Source of the DNA: a phage
Assembly (NCBI GenBank): GCA_024975835.1
Contig: GCA_024975835.1_4840.1
Strand: one strand, 5' to 3'
DNA length: 64,000 bases
The notes below the pieces were generated by a model that made no database searches, was not told where the DNA came from, and saw nothing but the letters and a program-made list of their open reading frames with translations. Numbering within the stretch: position 1 is the first letter of the stretch; each line of letters opens with the position of its first letter. The position numbers and the translations under genes are program-made. Below are positions 62,125-64,000 of the stretch, in pieces.

Positions 62125-64000
62125 ATGGCAACTCAAAGCTTCAGCGTTGCGCCGTCCGTACAGTGGACTGAGCGTGATGCCACGCTTCAGACGTCCCCAT
62201 CCGTTGTTGTTCAGGGTGCGGCTGTCGGCAAATTCCAATGGGGTGAAGCAGAACTCCCTGTGTTGGTCACTGGTGGCGAAACTGGTCTGGTGAAGAAATT
62301 CTTCAAGCCAAACGATGCAACTGCCACCGACTTCTTGGTGATTGCTGACTTCCTGTCTTACAGCTCTGTTGCATGGGTGACCCGTGTGGTCGGTCCGGCG
62401 GCACGCAACGCTGTAACCAAAGGTCAGAGTGCAATCCTTATCCGCAACAAACTGGACTTCGAAACTGCGTCCCCATCTGCGTCTATTACCTGGACAGGCC
62501 GCTATGCTGGCTCTCTGGGTAACGACATTGCTGTGAACATCTGTGACGCTGCGCTGTTCCCGACCTGGGAATTCCGTAACAACTTCGCATATGCTCCGCA
62601 GGATGGCGAGTACCATATCGCCATCGTTGACAAAGTAGGTCGCATCACCGACTCTTCTGGCGCTGTTAGTCAGGTTGATCGTATCTCTGTATCCGGTACT
62701 GCCACCGCTGCTGGTTCCATCTCTGTTGCTGGTGAAGCCGTGGCGTACACTGACGCTGACACCCCGGCGACTCTGGCGACAAAGATCGGAACTGCGCTGA
62801 CGGAGCTGTCTGACGTGTATTCTTCTGTTGTCGTGAAGTCCAACACCGTCACCGTCACTCACAAAGCAATCGGTCCTCAGGCTGCGACTGCGATTGTTCC
62901 AGACGCGAATGGTCTGACTGCTACCGCTGCCGTCACCACTGTTGGTGCTTCCGGTACGATCATCGAGAAGTATGAACTGGTTCAGACCGCTCAGGGTTCT
63001 AAGAAATCTGATGGATCCAATGCGTACTTCAAAGACGTGATCAACGGCACCTCAAATTGGGTGTACACCTTCGCCACTACCCTGGCTGCTGGTGTCATTG
63101 AACTCGAAGGTGGTGTAGACGATTACACTGGGAACCGTGTTGCGGCTATCCAGGCACTGAACAACGCCGAAGCGTATGATGCCAAGCCAGTGTTCGGTTT
63201 CTGTGAAGAACTGATTGAGCAGCAGGCACTGATCGACCTGTCCACCGAGCGTAAAGACACAGTGTCCTTCGTGTCTCCTCTTCGCGATACGGTCGTCGGA
63301 AACCGTGGCCGTGAGATGGATGATGTTGTGGCCTGGCGTGAAAGTCTTGTTCGCGACTCCTCCTACTTCTTCATGGATGACAACTGGGCGTATGTGTACG
63401 ACAAGTACAACGACAAAATGCGTTGGATTCCGGCTTGTGGCGGCACCGCAGGTGTTTGGGCGCGCAGCATTGAAATCGCGGGTATCTACAAATCTCCGGC
63501 GTTCCACAACCGTGGTAAATACAACAACTATAATCGAATGGCGTGGTCTGCGTCTTCTGATGAGCGTGCTGTGCTGTATCGCAACCAGATCAACAGCATT
63601 GTCACCTTCTCCAACGAAGGCATCGTGTTGTACGGCGACAAGACTGGCCTGACCCGCCCATCTGCGTTCGACCGCATCAACGTTCGTGGTCTGTTCATTA
63701 TGGCAGAACAGAACATCGCAGCCATCGCCAAATACTACCTTGGTGAGAACAACGATGCATTCACTCGTGGATTGTTCAGCAACGCTGTCCGCCCATATAT
63801 CCGCCAGTTGGCCAACATGGGCGCGATCTATGACGGGATGGTGAAGTGTGATGAGGACAACAACACTGCGGAAGTTATCGCTGCCAACCAGATGGTTGCT
63901 GGTATCTGGCTGAAGCCCGAGTACAGCATAAATTGGGTGTATCTCGACTTCGCCGCCGTTCGCCCGGACATGGAATTCAGTGAGATCGAATCCGGTGGTG
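62125..64000 (+). CDS. 18: tail sheath protein (gp18-like), partial (3' end beyond window edge)
   Basis: Open frame from ATG 62125 (GAAGGA site) to the window end, not in the ORF track because no stop is reached; directly follows terminase as in T4. Confidence 0.65.
   Translation, partial: MATQSFSVAPSVQWTERDATLQTSPSVVVQGAAVGKFQWGEAELPVLVTGGETGLVKKFFKPNDATATDFLVIADFLSYSSVAWVTRVVGPAARNAVTKGQSAILIRNKLDFETASPSASITWTGRYAGSLGNDIAVNICDAALFPTWEFRNNFAYAPQDGEYHIAIVDKVGRITDSSGAVSQVDRISVSGTATAAGSISVAGEAVAYTDADTPATLATKIGTALTELSDVYSSVVVKSNTVTVTHKAIGPQAATAIVPDANGLTATAAVTTVGASGTIIEKYELVQTAQGSKKSDGSNAYFKDVINGTSNWVYTFATTLAAGVIELEGGVDDYTGNRVAAIQALNNAEAYDAKPVFGFCEELIEQQALIDLSTERKDTVSFVSPLRDTVVGNRGREMDDVVAWRESLVRDSSYFFMDDNWAYVYDKYNDKMRWIPACGGTAGVWARSIEIAGIYKSPAFHNRGKYNNYNRMAWSASSDERAVLYRNQINSIVTFSNEGIVLYGDKTGLTRPSAFDRINVRGLFIMAEQNIAAIAKYYLGENNDAFTRGLFSNAVRPYIRQLANMGAIYDGMVKCDEDNNTAEVIAANQMVAGIWLKPEYSINWVYLDFAAVRPDMEFSEIESGG

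Noticed and set aside
62104-63507. Minus-strand ORFs (252 aa and 151 aa) at the right end
   Set aside because: They lie antisense to the partial tail sheath gene, which the ORF track omits only because it has no stop within the window.
1-64000. CRISPR array, integrase/attachment sites or transposase
   Set aside because: No regularly spaced direct repeats and no recombinase-like ORFs were seen; the only repeats are terminator hairpins, the leader cassette and in-frame protein repeats.

Overview
The window reads as a fragment of a large virulent myovirus with a T4-type core and a four-gene tailspike cassette, the arrangement typical of Ackermannviridae (ViI/CBA120-like) phages. All calls rest on reading the six-frame translations and the sequence by eye; no database search or fold prediction was run. 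The left ~32 kb is almost entirely minus-strand early/replication genes: topoisomerase II subunits, rIIA/rIIB-like proteins, a family B DNA polymerase, a P-loop kinase, a PLP-dependent enzyme, and many tightly overlapping small ORFs. A minus-strand tRNA cluster (Ser-GCT, Tyr-GTA, Asn-GTT, Met/Ile-CAT) sits at 32.6-33.6 kb inside about 2.7 kb of hairpin-rich non-coding DNA. The right ~27 kb is a plus-strand late module: gp6-like baseplate protein, four tailspikes, a 1612-aa structural protein, neck/terminase genes and the start of the tail sheath. The most interesting candidates are a macro-domain operon (possible anti-defence), a LemA/TPM membrane pair, a possible thymidine-hypermodification gene set, and a mini-intein splitting the terminase Walker A motif. 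The ORF track uses GTG/TTG starts, so several starts were moved to in-frame ATGs with better ribosome-binding sites.
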